Positions 14,400-27,516 of a DNA stretch of 64,000 nt are shown here, piece after piece. This DNA is from Paraspadella gotoi (Eukaryota; Animalia; Chaetognatha). The notes under the pieces were generated by a model that did no database searches, was not told the DNA's origin, and worked only from the letters and a program-made list of their open reading frames with translations. The DNA lies in NCBI GenBank assembly GCA_051294375.1, contig CM119263.1, forward strand, positions 10,222,620 to 10,286,619, in the 5' to 3' direction. A program made the position numbers and the translations under genes. Position 1 is the first letter of the stretch, and each line of letters starts with the position of its first letter.

Positions 14400-14723
14400 T
14401 TAAAAACCAATTTTTGACGTCGCTGCTCTAATTTGGCAGCAGAGCGTCGCCGCACGGAGCCGCCGCCTGAAATCAGCGGCAATGAAACAAAAAAAAAAAA
14501 GGCATTGGCCATAATCGATGCCGTTCGTGGCGCCACTGGGATGATTTGACATTCGACAACAGCAGCCAGTGAGACGGAAGTCAGCGCCGCGCCGGGCGTC
14601 GGTGCCTGGCGCCGGGAAGCGGTGCTGGACGTCGGAAAATTCAACGCCGGCGAATCTCGCATATCCACCCAAGTGATTGATGAAGGCGAAACATCGACTG
14701 AGAAGGCTTCAGAGAGCCGGTCA

Positions 14724-14754
<31 letters not shown>

Positions 14755-15095
14755 TTCATGGTCGTCGTCTTCATCGTCGTCGTCACGTCATCGTCTTCTT
14801 CGTCTTTTCGCTCGTTACTATCTTCGGCTTTGCCAAAGGGGTTTTTTAAAGGAAGGCTGCTCTTTTGTTTTCTCCACGTCGACATAGTCAATGGTTGTGA
14901 CGAAAGAGGTCGCCGGAGGTCTTTGTTTGTCGTCGCCTTTTTTCGTCATCATCGTCGTTGTCGTCCCTATTATCGTCGTCGTCGTATCCGTTGCCTTCTC
15001 ATTGGTCGTTCCTCGGAGTTTCGAAGCCAATAACCGATTTTTTTTTCTTCACACACAAGGCGACCCAATAGCGAAGGAAAAAAAACCCGATGAGA
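14400..15095 (-). CDS. Putative frameshifted exon: TM end, basic stop-transfer motif and Thr/Asp-rich tail
   Basis: ttttattttaaatag acceptor, then LIGFFFLRYWVALCVKKK.. and (after a homopolymer frameshift) LLASKLRGTTNEKATDTTTT..TIDYVDVEK. Several frameshifts needed. Confidence 0.3.
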
Positions 15096-15197
15096 CTATT
15101 TAAAATAAAATTATATTATCTGAACTTTTAATTTATAAGTCAAAAACCAGCAGGAAACAAGATCGTTTAAGTTAATATAAATTCGTAAATTCATAAA

Positions 15198-15583
15198 TCC
15201 AAAAGTCGAAAAATTTCAAAAAGTTTTAAATCCAAAAGCCAAAAAGCCAAAAAGCCAAAAAACCAAAAAACCAAAAACCCAAAAAACCAAAAGACAAAAG
15301 CTCAAAAAAAACCAAAAAACCAAAAAAGACAAAAAACCAAAAAGCCATACACCAAAAGACCAAAAAGGCAAAAATCCATAAGGCAAATAACCAAAAAGCT
15401 AAATAACCAAAAAGTCAAAAAGTAAAAAAGCCAAAAGGCAAATAACCAAAAAGCCAAAAGGCAAATAACCAAAAAGCCAAATAACCAAAAGTGAAAAAGC
15501 CAAAAGCTAAATAAACAAAAAGCCAAATAACCAAAAAGCCAAAAAGTGAAAAAGCCAAAAGCTAAATAAACAAAAAGCCAAAA
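15198..15583. repeat. Degenerate A-rich minisatellite (CCAAAAAG / CCAAATAA-type 8-mers)
   Basis: Dozens of ccaaaaag, ccaaaaaa, ccaaataa and ccaaaag units. The same motif reappears at 18284-18350. Confidence 0.9.
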
Positions 15584-15596
15584 AGAGAGAGATAGC

Positions 15597-16722
15597 TTAC
15601 TATGGCTTCAATAGTGTAGTGGTTACAGGTGGGTAGCTTGAGCTGTATGAAATTTGTTTCCTTGCTTGTCCGTCACCCTTACTAATGGCTTCATAGTGTG
15701 AGGTGGTTATCAGTGTGGGTAGGCGAGGGCTGTAATGAAATATTTCTGCTTGTCCACCTTACTATGGCTATCATAGTGTAGTGGTTACTGTAGGTGGGTA
15801 GGGCGAGGCTGTTGAAACTTTTCTGGTCTGTCCATCTCTTACTGTATGGCTTCATAGTGTAGGTGGGTTACCAGGGTGGGTAGCGAGGCCTGTATGAAAT
15901 TTTCTGCTGTCCAACCTTAACTATGGCTTAATAGTGTTAGGTGGTTTAAGGTGGGTAGCGAGTGCTGTTATGAAATTTCTGCTGTCGCACCTTACTAGGT
16001 GGCTTTGCATAGTGTTAGTGGTTTACAGGTGGGGTAGCGAGGCTGTATGAAATTTTCTGCTGTCCACGGCTTTACTAATGGGCTCTCAATAGTGTAGTGG
16101 GTTACATGGTGGGTAGCGAGGCCCTGTATGAAATTTTCTGCGCTGTGCCACGTGCTTACTATTTGGCTTCATAGTGTAGGTGGTTACAGGGTGGGTAGCG
16201 GAGGCTGTATGAAATTGTTCTGCTGTCCCCATCCTTACTTGGCTTCATAGTGTAGTGGTTACAGGTGGGTAGCGAGGCTGTTATGAAATTTTCGTGGCTG
16301 GTCACCTTAGCTGAATGGCTTGTCATAGTGTACGTGGTTTACAGGTGGGTAGTCGAGGCTGTTATGAAATTTTCTGCGTTTCCACGCTTACTATGGCTTT
16401 TCATGAGTGTAGTGGTTTACAAGGTGGGGTAGTCGAGGCTGTAATTGAATTTTCTGGGCTGTCCAGCTCTTACTATGGCTATCATAGTGTAAGTGGTTAC
16501 AGGTGGGTAAGCGAAGGCTTGTATGATATGATTTTCTGGCTGTCCGCACCTTACTTATGGCCTTCCATAGTGGTAGTGGGTTAGCAGGTGGGTAGCGAGG
16601 TCTGTTGAAATTTTCTGGCTGTGCCACCTTTACTAGTGGCTTCATAGGTGTATGTGGTTAGCAGGTGGGTAGGCGAGGCTTGTATGTAAATTTTCTGCTG
16701 TCCACCTACTATGGCTTCATAG
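15597..16722 (+). repeat. Tandem array of a 70-bp unit, about 14.5 copies
   Basis: Consensus by eye: CTTACTATGGCTTCATAGTGTAGTGGTTACAGGTGGGTAGCGAGGCTGTATGAAATTTTCTGCTGTCCAC. The GGCTTCATAG motif recurs about every 75-85 bp from 15604 to 16713; deviations are mostly single-base insertions. Confidence 0.95.
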
Positions 16723-16724
16723 TT

Positions 16725-17703
16725 GGGGGTGGAGTCTGTCGTCGTCCTTTTGTTAATGCTTATTTTCTCTGCTCCTCTCTCACTCTCATCTTCTCTCTCT
16801 CTCCTCTTCATCGTGCTCTCATTCTCTCTGCTTTCTGCGTTTCCTCTCCTCTGCTCTTTCTCTCTCTTCCTCTCTTCCCCGTTCCCCCTCCTCATTTTCC
16901 CATCGTCGTGGCGTCGCATGGTCGCTGCCATCCGCATTTTTCTTATCTCTCTCGTCATCTCGGCTCTCTCTCTCTCATCTCTCTCTCAGCTCTCTCTCTC
17001 TCTCTCTCATCTGCTCTCTCTCTCTTTCTATCTCTATCGTCTCTCTCTCTCTCTCTCTCTTCTCTCTATCATCTGTCTTTCTTCTCGCTCCCCTCTCTCT
17101 CCTTCTCTCTCTCTTATCCTCTCTCGTGCTCGTCCATACTCTCTCCTCTCGTTCTGCTCATCCCGCCCTGCACCGGAATTATCCGCCTCAACGTTTTTCG
17201 CGCAAATTGTCGTAGAAAAAAAAACAAGGGAACTAAAAAATACTGAAAAAAGTGAAAAGGAAAAAATGGAAATGAGAGCGAGGGATTCGAATAAGCAAGA
17301 CTACACTAGATAGATGGATAGAGGCAGATACAGGAAACAAGCCCGATAACAGAATCAAGAATGCAGAAGAGGTAGAGTAGACAGACCAAATGAAGAGAAA
17401 ATAGGAATAAGAAAGACAATTTAGAAACTTTAAATTGGGACAATATTTTTTTTTTTTTGCGATATTTTTTCTTTTTAATTAAAAAAAAAAAAAAAAAAAA
17501 CAGATTGAGATATAGCGGGTATTAGTAGTCCGTCGATTAGTTTGTTTGTTGTTGACTTGGGTTGTTGGTTTACGCCTCGGAGAGTGTAATTACTGTTGCG
17601 GTCGGAATAAGTTATAACATAGAAGATATTACGTGCCAATGCTGTGGATTTTGTGGGAGTTGTGAAGAGAGTAGAATGGAAAAAGATTGTGAGAGAGAGA
17701 GAG

Positions 17704-17744
<41 letters not shown>

Positions 17745-19414
17745 ACAGAGAGAAAAGGAGAGAAGAGAGGAGGAGAGAGTAGGAGAGAGACGAGAGAGAG
17801 AGAGAAGAGAGAGAGGAGAGAGAAGAAAGAGAGAAAGTAAGAGAGAGGAGAGAGAGAGAGAAGAGAGAGGAGATGAGAGAAGAGAAAAAAGAAGTGAGAA
17901 GGGAAAAGAGAGATAAAGGAAGAGAAGATACCCTTGTGTCTCCTCGCTCGGAAAAGTTTTGAGAAGGTCATAAATACAAAGAAGGAAGGGTTGGCACCTT
18001 TCCGTTTGCGCCGAAATATGCGCTGCGGGATGGTGGGGGAGTTGGAGAGGGGGAGAGAGGGAAATGGGGAGGGGAAAGGGGGGGGCGAATAGGGGGTTTA
18101 AGAAGGTAAGGGGCGAAGTGTTTGGGTTGGGGGGGGGAAAATTAGACTCAGCGAAAATTACTCGGGATGAAAAAACTTCGTCGAAAACGGATTTTTCGCG
18201 GCGAGGTAATGAAGGAAATGAAATTCTGGAAAGAAATATAAAAAAATGAGACGGGACGNNNNNNNNNNNNNNNNNNNNNNNNNATAACCATAATCCAAAA
18301 AGCCAAAAAAGTGAAAAAGCTAAAAAGGCTAAAAAAAACAAAAAGCAAAAAACAAGACATAACTTTCCGTCGCGTTATCCTTGATCGAGGAATCTCGCTG
18401 CTAAGCAACAACTGAGAGGAAAAATCCATTCCTTTTCTTCTTTTGGCGATAGTTTTTTTCTAGGGGGTGGAGTATGTATCGTCTTTGATAATGCTTATTT
18501 TCTCTGCTCTCTTCTCTCTTCTCGTCTTCTCTCCTCTCCTACTGCTTCTCTCTATTCCTCTGTCTCGTTATCCTCTCCTCTGCTCTTTCTCTCTCTTCTC
18601 CCCGCCTCCCCCTCCCTCATTTCCGCATCGTCGTGGCGTCGCATGGTCCTGCCTCCGCAATTTTTCTTAATCTCCTCGTCATCGTACTCCTCTCTCGTCT
18701 ATCTCTTCTCAGTCTCTCTCTTCTCTCTCTCTCCTCTCTTCTATCTCTCTCTCTTTCTCTCTATACGTCTCTCTCTCATTCTCTCTCTCTCCTATGCTTA
18801 TCTTCTCTGCCTCCTTCTCTCTCTCTCTCTCTCTCTACTCTCCATACTCTCTCTCGTCATCTCTCTCATGCGTTCTCCCGCCCTGCACGGATTATCGCCT
18901 CAAGTTTTTCGCAGTTGTACGAGATAAGGAAAAAACAAAGGGAAGAAAAAAACTGAGTTAAAAGTGAAAAGGAAAAAATGGAATTGAGAGCGAGAGGAAT
19001 ATCGAATAGAAGACCTAACGTAGATAGATAGGATAGAGGCAGGAAAACAAGCACAGAATACAAGAATGCAAATAGAGAGGTAGATTAGCAGACAAATGAA
19101 GAGAAATAGGAATAAGAAAAAAAAACAATTTAGAAATTTAAATTGGGACATAATATTTTTTTTTTTTTTTTGGAATTTTTTTTTTTTCTAATTAAAAAAA
19201 AAAAAAAAAAAAAACAGATTGGATTGAGGGTTTAGGTACTCGTCGTTTGTTTGATATTGTTCGTTGACTTGGTTGTTGGTTTACGCTCTGCGAGAGAGTG
19301 TAATTACTGTTGCGTGCGGAATAAGTATAACATAGAAGATATACGTGCACAATGCTGGATTTTGTGGGAGTTGTGAGAGAGTAGAATGGAAAAAGATTGT
19401 GCAGAGAGAGTAGA

Positions 19415-19445
<31 letters not shown>

Positions 19446-19505
19446 AGAGAAGAGAGAGACGAGAGAGAGAAAGGAGAGAGAGAGAGAGAGAGGAGAGAGT
19501 AGGAG

Positions 19506-19551
<46 letters not shown>

Positions 19552-19676
19552 AAGAAGAGAGAAAGTAAGTAGGGAGAGGAGAGAGAGAAGAGAAAGAGAG
19601 AGGAGATGAGAGAAGAGAGAGAGAGAGAGAAAGAGAAGAAGAGAAGCAGTGAGAAGGAGAGAAGAGGAAGAGAGAT

Positions 19677-19708
<32 letters not shown>

Positions 19709-19760
19709 CCCTTTGTCTCCCGTCGGAAAAGTTTTGAGAAGTTTCATTAATATAAAATAA
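16725..19760. repeat. Direct duplication of about 1.25 kb (16725-17975 vs 18463-19760) across the 25-N gap at 18259-18283
   Basis: Shared landmarks in the same order: ggggtggagt..aatgcttattttctctgctc; catcgtcgtggcgtcgcatggtc; gagagtgtaattactgttgcg; cggaaaagttttgagaag. Confidence 0.9.
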
Positions 19761-19774
19761 AGCGAGGGTTAAAA

Positions 19775-19809
<35 letters not shown>

Positions 19810-20950
19810 AACGAAATTGAAGACGAAGAAGCCAACGATGGAAACTAAGAAAACTAAGACGTCGAGGTTTGGAAAAGACGCCGACGTCGGTGACGACGAC
19901 GACGACGACATCGACGAAAAAAAAACAACGATGACGTCGTCGATGTAAACATTTAAACAAATTGATTCGTATTCTCTCTTTTTGTTAAACCGAAAAAAAA
20001 AGTTGTTGGAGAAAAACTGAAAAGTGACGATGAAAAATGAATGAGGAACGAAGGTTTTGTTCGCGGTTTAATTTAATAATTCTTATTCTATGATAAACGA
20101 GGCAGAGAAATCGTCGCTATCTCTGTGGTGAATATACACAAGACGCGGTTAAAAATCGAAAGAAAAAAAAAAGAGAAAATTTGTATTGATCTTTTGTATT
20201 ATTACATGAAACCTAACATACACAAATAAGTATTTGACATTGATCGAATAAAAGAATATTAAGAAGAACAAATATACGCCGCGTTTGTTATCGCTTCCTT
20301 AAAAGCAACAGACGCTTCCTTGGAATATCTATTGCTTGAGGAGAGAAAAAGAGAGAGAGAGAGAGAGAGAGAGTTAAAGAAAATTTGCATTAAAAAAATA
20401 GAGGGAAAAAGTAAATAAAGGTAGAGGAGGCAACGAAGCCAAATATTCTTTTCTTGTTTCTTTTTCATTTTTATTTGGCTTCGGTTCCCGTTTTAAATGA
20501 TCGCGGAAAAAAAGATTGAAAAAGTGATTGGATCGGAAAGGAAAGCTTTATCAGTCGATCTGATTTTTAAAGACTAATCAGTTAATTTAAAAAAAAAATT
20601 AAGCATATATATCAAGTAGCTGACAGATAAGGAAATGGGAAACGAAGAATGCTTGCCAAAGAAACAAATTAGAAATGAAAAAAAAATAAAAACAAAAATG
20701 GACGCCGAAGGAAAAATAAAAACAAAACTAAGGAGAAAAAAAAGTAGGTAGCTCGCCAAGCAATTATGTTCTAAAAAAACTAAATAAAACCAAAAAGAAT
20801 CTTCAAAAATTATTTTTAAAAAAATTTAAAAGTCTCGAATTTTTATAAACAAGAGAAGGAAAATGTTCGTTTGGCAGAGACGTTGAGAAAGAGAAGGATG
20901 GTATTTGATGCGCACTAAAAGGGAAAAGATATTAATTTATTATATAATTC

Positions 20951-21065
20951 GTTCAATCATTCATTCATTCATTCATTCATTCATTCATTCATTCATTCAT
21001 TCATTCATTCATTCATTCATTCAATCATTCATTCATTCATTCATTCATTCATTCAATCATTCATT
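20951..21065. repeat. (TTCA)n microsatellite
   Basis: More than 25 near-perfect TTCA units. Confidence 0.95.
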
Positions 21066-22349
21066 TGGCTCATTCAATTTCGCTATGATCGTCCAATATT
21101 TCCTTTATTCGTTTAATCGATCTTTGTTTTCTTTGTTCAGACTTTGTCTTTTCTTAGTTTGTTCGTTTGTTCGTTCGTTCGTTTATCGAATCTCGACAAA
21201 CACTAGAAAAGGTTCATCGATTTTTTTCCCAGCCTCTTTGGCTCCCCGTTCGCTTTCCCCTCTTTCACCTTTCGTTCTTTCTTTCTCCCTTCTTGGGTTC
21301 AAAGATCGTTCCCTTAGTGTAACATCTGGAACCAAACGATTTCTACTATTACTTTTTTTCTCATTGGCACATTTTTTGAGCGGAAAATTTTCTGATCCTT
21401 TGCGTGAGATTTTTTCTTTCGTTTTGACTTCCATCGTGACGATTTTCCATATTTTTTTATCAGTTTGTTATCCTTCTTTTCAAGTCTCGTCTGCATTTCC
21501 TGCTCGTGTTTTTAGTCTCTCTTTTTTAAAATCGATTTCAATGCAAACACTAGAGAGCAATTTTCTTTTTTAAAATTTCGCTGGACTAACAGTTTTAACT
21601 CACACGGTCTTCGCTACAACACCTGGAGAAACGCCCTTCGTTAATACCTCAGCCTCGACGAAACGAGCGAGCGCGATAAGTCTATATTGGCGAGAAGAGG
21701 TTGCTTTGGGCGGAGATAATTAGGAAGGAAATGTCCGGCAGACCGGACAATCGGCGACAGTGGAGAGCGCTCTGGGGCTCGCGAACGCAGGCTGCAACTC
21801 GCTCTCGGTCAACAAATGCTCTTGCTCGCTGCTCTCTTAATATAATTCGTTCCTGAGTCTGACTCAGAGAAGTTCATAANNNNNNNNNNNNNNNNNNNNN
21901 NNNNNNNNNNNNNNNNNNNNNNNNNNNNNNNNNNNNNNNNNNNNNNNNNNNNNNNNNNNNNNNNNNNNNNNNNNNNNNNNNNNNNNNNNNNNNNNNNNNN
22001 NNNNNNNNNGAGATGAGAGAGAGGATTAGAGATGAGAGAGAGGAAAGGCGGAGAAGAGAGAGAGGAGAGAAGTCAAAAATAAATAAAAATACTATTAGAA
22101 ATACGAACATATAAAGTCTATGGAGGCGTGGCGGAGCAACGAACAAAAAACGTCGGCGAGAATATAACAAAAACAAACTGACTTCGACTCGCGGCTTTGA
22201 GAGGAAATGAAAAATGGAAATTGAAAAAAGTGACAAATGGAAAATGGGAAATAAAAAAGCTCAAAAATAGAAGGAGGAAAAATTGACCGTGACGGGTTTG
22301 GCGGCGACGGAGGCGGCGGCGGCGGTGGCGTGGGGGACGGTGACAAAGA

Positions 22350-22387
<38 letters not shown>

Positions 22388-22399
22388 TCAAAGAGCGAA

Positions 22400-22790
22400 A
22401 TCTCTGGCAACGAAAAATAATGTTATCGTTGATCGCCGCTGGTAGCGGAATGTTGCGTGTGAAAACAGCGGGGGAAGGCTTGGTGATAACCCGTTTGATA
22501 ACCTGGCGTATCGATGGTTGATTAGTAGAAGCGCGATCTGGAATTAACCAGTTTAACTTAACCTTTTGGAAATGGATTGGAATCTGATGGCAGCGTGAGT
22601 GTTTTTCGGCATTGTGAATCGAATCATTGATAATCAAATGGAGCCCATGGTAGCGGGAAAACCTAAATAATGGGAACTTCAAGTACTGGTAACCAGTAGC
22701 GACGCGCCGCTTCGGCAACTGGTCGCTAACAAATGGCGAATGGTCGCGTAACCAATGGCAACCGGCAAACGAAGCTCGGACGAAATGAAG
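22400..22790 (+). CDS. Putative frameshifted C-type-lectin-like domain exon after a (GAC)n linker
   Basis: Motifs in CTLD order but spread over frames: W-Q..CYR, ACENSGGRL, FWKWIGI, FKYW, FGNW..NGE. Stops and frameshifts are present, and a 251-aa antisense frame is also open, so strand is uncertain. Confidence 0.3.
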
Positions 22791-23324
22791 CCTTTCACCT
22801 TCTTTTCTGCCTTCGACTGCAGAATCAGCAGATTCGAGGCTTCGGGCCATCGGAATGAAGTGAGGCTCGCTGGGTGAGGATGAGGAGGTGGCGGTGAGAG
22901 AGTGGATGGGGGGTGGAGGTGGAAAAAGGGGAGTGGCGTGAATCGGGGTTTGGGGGTGAAGTGCGAATAGGTTTCGGTGGTTATAGTCGATTCGGTGAAC
23001 GTCGCGTAGAGAAGAGAAAGCTTCGGGCGAAGACGTTTTAACCGTTTGATGGATGGAAAGAAAAATGAAAGAAGAAAGAAAGAAAGAAAGAAGACGAAGA
23101 AAGATAAGACAAAGTTAAACAAAGATGAGAAAAAAGTAGAAAAGCAGNNNNNNNNNNATAGGACAATGAAATTATATTACTATAAGTTTTATCCTTTGTA
23201 GGTACGTACTACTACAAACAAAAAACAAACAAACCAACAACATTGATTAAAAAAACATTGATTCTAAAACGAAAATTAGCTTTTAAAAATGACTTCATTT
23301 TAAAAGCTTTCTTTTTGTATCCAG

Positions 23325-23480
23325 CTTATTCGCGGACGTCAAAGCAAATTTGTTCCATGTTCCAGTTCCAACCGACGCATCTAGCACACACTTCCGCGAA
23401 TAACATTCACTTCCGGTTCCAACCTTCACATAGGGATCAGCGAATCCAACTCGCGAGCGTCTTTTCCCCGAAACTGAACG
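23325..23480 (+). CDS. Putative 156-nt phase 1-1 exon, weakly like the C-terminal half of a CUB domain
   Basis: ctttttgtatccag acceptor and G|GTTATG donor; open frame AYSRTSKQICSMFQFQPTHLAHTSANNIHFRFQPSHRDQRIQLASVFSPKLN (compare CUB C-G...S-x-N-x-l-x-v-x-F). Confidence 0.35.
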
Positions 23481-24355
23481 GTTATGTTTTATGGGAGTAA
23501 TTCTTTTTTTTTGCCTGCGTCTAGGAAGGAGATCGGGGGGAGAAGCGGAAGGAAGGGAGGGAGTGAAGACGAAAGGGAGAAAATCCAAAACAAAGGATAT
23601 GGAGATTAGGCGAGAGTTGGTGGGGGGATGAGTTGTAGGAGGTTGTAGTGTGGGTAAATGGGTTTGGTGGGGATGGGGCCTCAAAAAACAAGCAGGGATG
23701 ATTAAAAGAATAAGGAAAAGTGTGAATAAATGATTGGTTGACGAAGATGGATCATGTTTGAAAGGTGGGCGGCACTTCTATCGAAAAAAAAAGGGAGGGC
23801 GTGGTGGAAAATATAGGGTCGCGATAGAAAGAGTGATTAAAGAGGTGGGCGTGGCCGGAGGTGTGAAAAAAAGGAAAAAAAAACCCAGGATGTTGAAGCT
23901 CGAAGGTGGCGAAGGAGAAATAAAAAGAGTTGAAGGATGAAATCGAGAAAATTATTTTTTTCTCTCTCTCTCATCTTTCTCTAGAGGAATGAAAGGAGGA
24001 AGAAAGGAAAAGAAAAAAAAGAGGCGAGATGAAATAAAGGAAGAGAATGGGAGATGGCGAGGAAGAAGGGAGGAAAGAAAAGATTTGATGAAGAGAAGAT
24101 AACTGAAAAAGAAAAGGAAGGCGAAAAGGAAGAGCCAGACGTTTATGTTTAAAGGACAAAATATGAGAAAAGGAAGAGGAAAAGAAAGAACAAAATTTTA
24201 AAAAATAGAAAAAAAAAGAAGGAGAAGATATAAGAAAAAAAAGAAAATTAAAACAAAAGGAAAGAAAATAAGAAGAAAAGTGAAAAGAAGAAGTAAAACA
24301 GCAAAAAGGAGAATTTTTTTTGGGGGGGAAAGTTTTGTTTCTCCTCCGAATGCAG

Positions 24356-24578
24356 GTGGTTGTTCCGAGTTCCGAGCGCCCAGGGCGAAACGGTTAAGAA
24401 AACGTCTGAATAAGAGTCTGTAGGCGCTGCTGTTGCAGATACAGTAGCTGCTGCTGCTGAAGATTTTGCTGCTGTTGCTTCTGTCTGCTGTTGTTGTCTT
24501 CGTTCAGTTGTCCTTGTTGCGATTGTCGATGTGAGCGATTTTGTCGTTGTCATTTTTTTCTGCTTTGACGAGACTCAG
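24356..24578. other. Exon-like island, strand unresolved
   Basis: The + strand has a tgcag acceptor and CAG|GTACGA donor but in-frame stops. The - strand has an open Thr/Ala/Gln-rich frame (TTTKSLTSTIATRTTERRQQQQ..) with no clear donor. Confidence 0.2.
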
Positions 24579-24766
24579 GTACGAAATAGAAGGTAATCAA
24601 GAAGGAAGTGAAACTGGCATGGAAAAAAAGGAAAAGTTAAAATACAAGAGAAAAACATGACGTGAAAGAAAGAGATTAAAGGGAGAAAGAAAAAGAGCGA
24701 CTGAGGCGCAAGAGAGAAAGAAAAAGAACGATATAAAGAAAGAAAGAGAAGAAGCAAAAAGAAAGC

Positions 24767-24818
<52 letters not shown>

Positions 24819-26256
24819 AAAAGAAGAAGAAAAAAAATTTCTGGGTTTTTTTTTCTCTTTATTACTTCGCCGTCGAAAAATTTGTCTTTTATGTCGTCGT
24901 CGCTTTTGTCGTCGTCGTCTTCGTCGTCGTCGTCGTCGTCGAAACACGAAAAAGAAATAAAGGGAAAAAAACCACTAAACAAATATTTCACTGAATTCGT
25001 GACACTTTTTTTGTGAAGAATATCGTCGCTATCGTCGTCGTCATCGTCGTCGTCTCCCATTCGACTTTCAAATTCAATGTAATGGAGAAACAAAAATAAA
25101 ACAACCGAATCGCATATGTGACAATCTCTTCTCTCTGCTCTCTCTCTCTCTCTCTCTCTCTCCTCTCATCTCTCTCTCTCTCTCTCTCTCTCTACTCTCT
25201 CTCTCACACTCCTTCTTCAATCTCCCGATCTCTTTCACTCCTCTATTCTTTCGCTGAATTGGCATTAAAGACTCAAGATGGAAATGTTGGACTTTGTCAA
25301 ATCCTTTTTTTTATTCTTTTTCTTCTCTCATGGAGATTTTTTTCTTTCAAGTTTATTTGCTTTTTCAATTTACCAGGTTTTCCTTTTTTTATTTCTTTTA
25401 ACGGTCCACAACTTTTTTTTTTTGTTCGAGAAAGAGACTAATTTTATTGTCTCTCCTTCCTCTTTCCAAGCGCTCCGCCTTTTCCCATGCCCTTTTCCCT
25501 TTTCGCCATTCCATCGCCTCTTTCCCTGCCATGCCTTATTCCGCAATGCTACTTAAGTTCCTTTTTTGCCATGCATTTCTCATTTCCTAAAATTGCAACT
25601 CTCTTTATTTTGTTTTTCTTTGTGGGATTCGGTTATTTATCCTTTTCCCCCTTTAAAGAAGAAAACCTTGCACGTTTGCTAAATTAACCTCAGCCGAAGA
25701 AAAGTCACGCATAAAACTTATTCGCACGTACGCACGCAAATATTCACGCACGTACGCACGCACGCGCGCACGGTTCGTCCCTTGGACCAGTAATCAAAAT
25801 CTCAATCTCGATCCCCGCGGGAGGCGAAACATCTTCGCCTTTAATCGACGAAGTGGAGTCTGAGGCACGAACCGGTTTAACACTCTTGTTTGTTCTCGCT
25901 ATCACATTTGCACGCTCAAAAAAACCCCCACAACATTGGCACCTTTAATTGTTTACTATTTTTCCCAACAACCTTTACCCTTAAACAATCACAAGGGTTT
26001 TTTCCCCTGTTTTATATTCGTGCTCAAACGCAATTCACACTTTCGCATTTCACTCTCTCAAATTCACAGGTTCACAAACCCGCATCAAATTCACCCATAA
26101 CTCTGCTCCCTTATTCTCACTTTCACGAGAAGAAAGCCTCATTTTTTCCATCGTTATCTTTTCTCCTCTTTTCCGATCTCCTTTCTCAAAATGCCATTCT
26201 TGTTTCCCTCGTTCACCATTTTACACCTTTACTTTGCACATTAAAGCTTCTTCACT

Positions 26257-26318
<62 letters not shown>

Positions 26319-27321
26319 CGTCCCGCCCTTCTTTTCCATTCTATTCTCTTTTTTTATTTATATTTTTTTTTACTTTGTCGCCCACCCAACCGACTCAAAA
26401 CTTTCCTCCCTACCGTTCCTTAACATTTTTTTCCTCGCTTTACTCACTCCCTTCAACATTCTAGTCATTTCTTTCCTCTTCTACCCTTCGTCCTCTTTAC
26501 TTTTTTCCATTCCTCTTCCTTCATTTCAACGTTCCTTCTTTTTTTTCCCCTCGTTATTCATGCAAATCAATTCTTCTTACTTTATGCGGAATTCATCGTT
26601 GTGTTTGGAGAAACAAGTGTTATCTAGACTTTGTCTTGTTACTATTTCTCTCCGTCTCTATCTCTGTTTTTTTTCTCTCTGAAAACGTCTCTCTCTTTCT
26701 TTCTCTCTCTCTCTCTCTCATTTTCTTTCTTTCTTTTGAAAAAAAATGAAGCGAAACTTTGAAGAACTTTCCTCTCGACTTCACGAGACCAGTTGACTAA
26801 AAAGTCGCCACAAAAAAGATGAAGAAAAAAAAAAAAAANNNNNNNNNNNNNNNNNNNNNNNNNNNNNNNNNNNNNNNNNNNNNNNNNNNNNNNNNNNNNN
26901 NNNNNNNNNNNNNNNNNNNNNNNNNNNNNNNNNNNNNNNNNNNNNNNNNNNNNNNNNNNNNNNNNNNNNNNNNNNNAGCCTCACCTCCCTTCTTCCCAAG
27001 ATCCGCTGCGATTTTCTTTCGTCCTTCGATATTTTTTTCCTATAATCTCCACCTCGCTGATAAATTTTTTTTTNNNNNNNNNNNNNNNNNNNNNNNNNNN
27101 NNNNNNNNNNNNNNNNNNNNNNNNNNNNNNNNNNNNNNNNNNNNNNNNNNNNNNNNNNNNNNNNNNNNNNNNNNNNNNNNNNNNNNNNNNNNNNNNNNNN
27201 NNNNNNNNNNNNNNNNNNNNNNNNNNNNNNNNNNNNNNNNNNNNNNNNNNNNNNNNNNNNNTTGTATCGATATTCTTCTTCTGTTCGTCGTCAGATCTGT
27301 CGCGATTTTTGTTTTAAACAG

Positions 27322-27516
27322 AAGGCGTACATCCGCATGCAATTACTCGATGCTTTTGATACAACCAGTTATTGCCCCTTATTGTCCCAATCGTTTCGGT
27401 GCAAATCACCGTTTTCTCCCGCATGTCACCGTCGCTGGTTGCTGGGCAACCCGTCCGACGTCACGCTATTGACCCCTTTCAGCTTCGGGACTAGAAGCGG
27501 ATCCTCGACATTGGAG
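27322..27516 (+). CDS. Putative 195-nt phase 0-0 exon, unknown product
   Basis: ttttgttttaaacag acceptor and GAG|GTATTA donor; open frame KAYIRMQLLDAFDTTSYCPLL..GTRSGSSTLE. Confidence 0.3.

Noticed and set aside
15597-16722. CRISPR array, hammerhead-ribozyme satellite, or tRNA gene cluster
   Set aside because: Units are contiguous with no unique spacers. CTGTATGAAA lacks the CUGANGA-stem II-GAAA core on either strand. No T-arm/B-box (GTTCRA) or cloverleaf.
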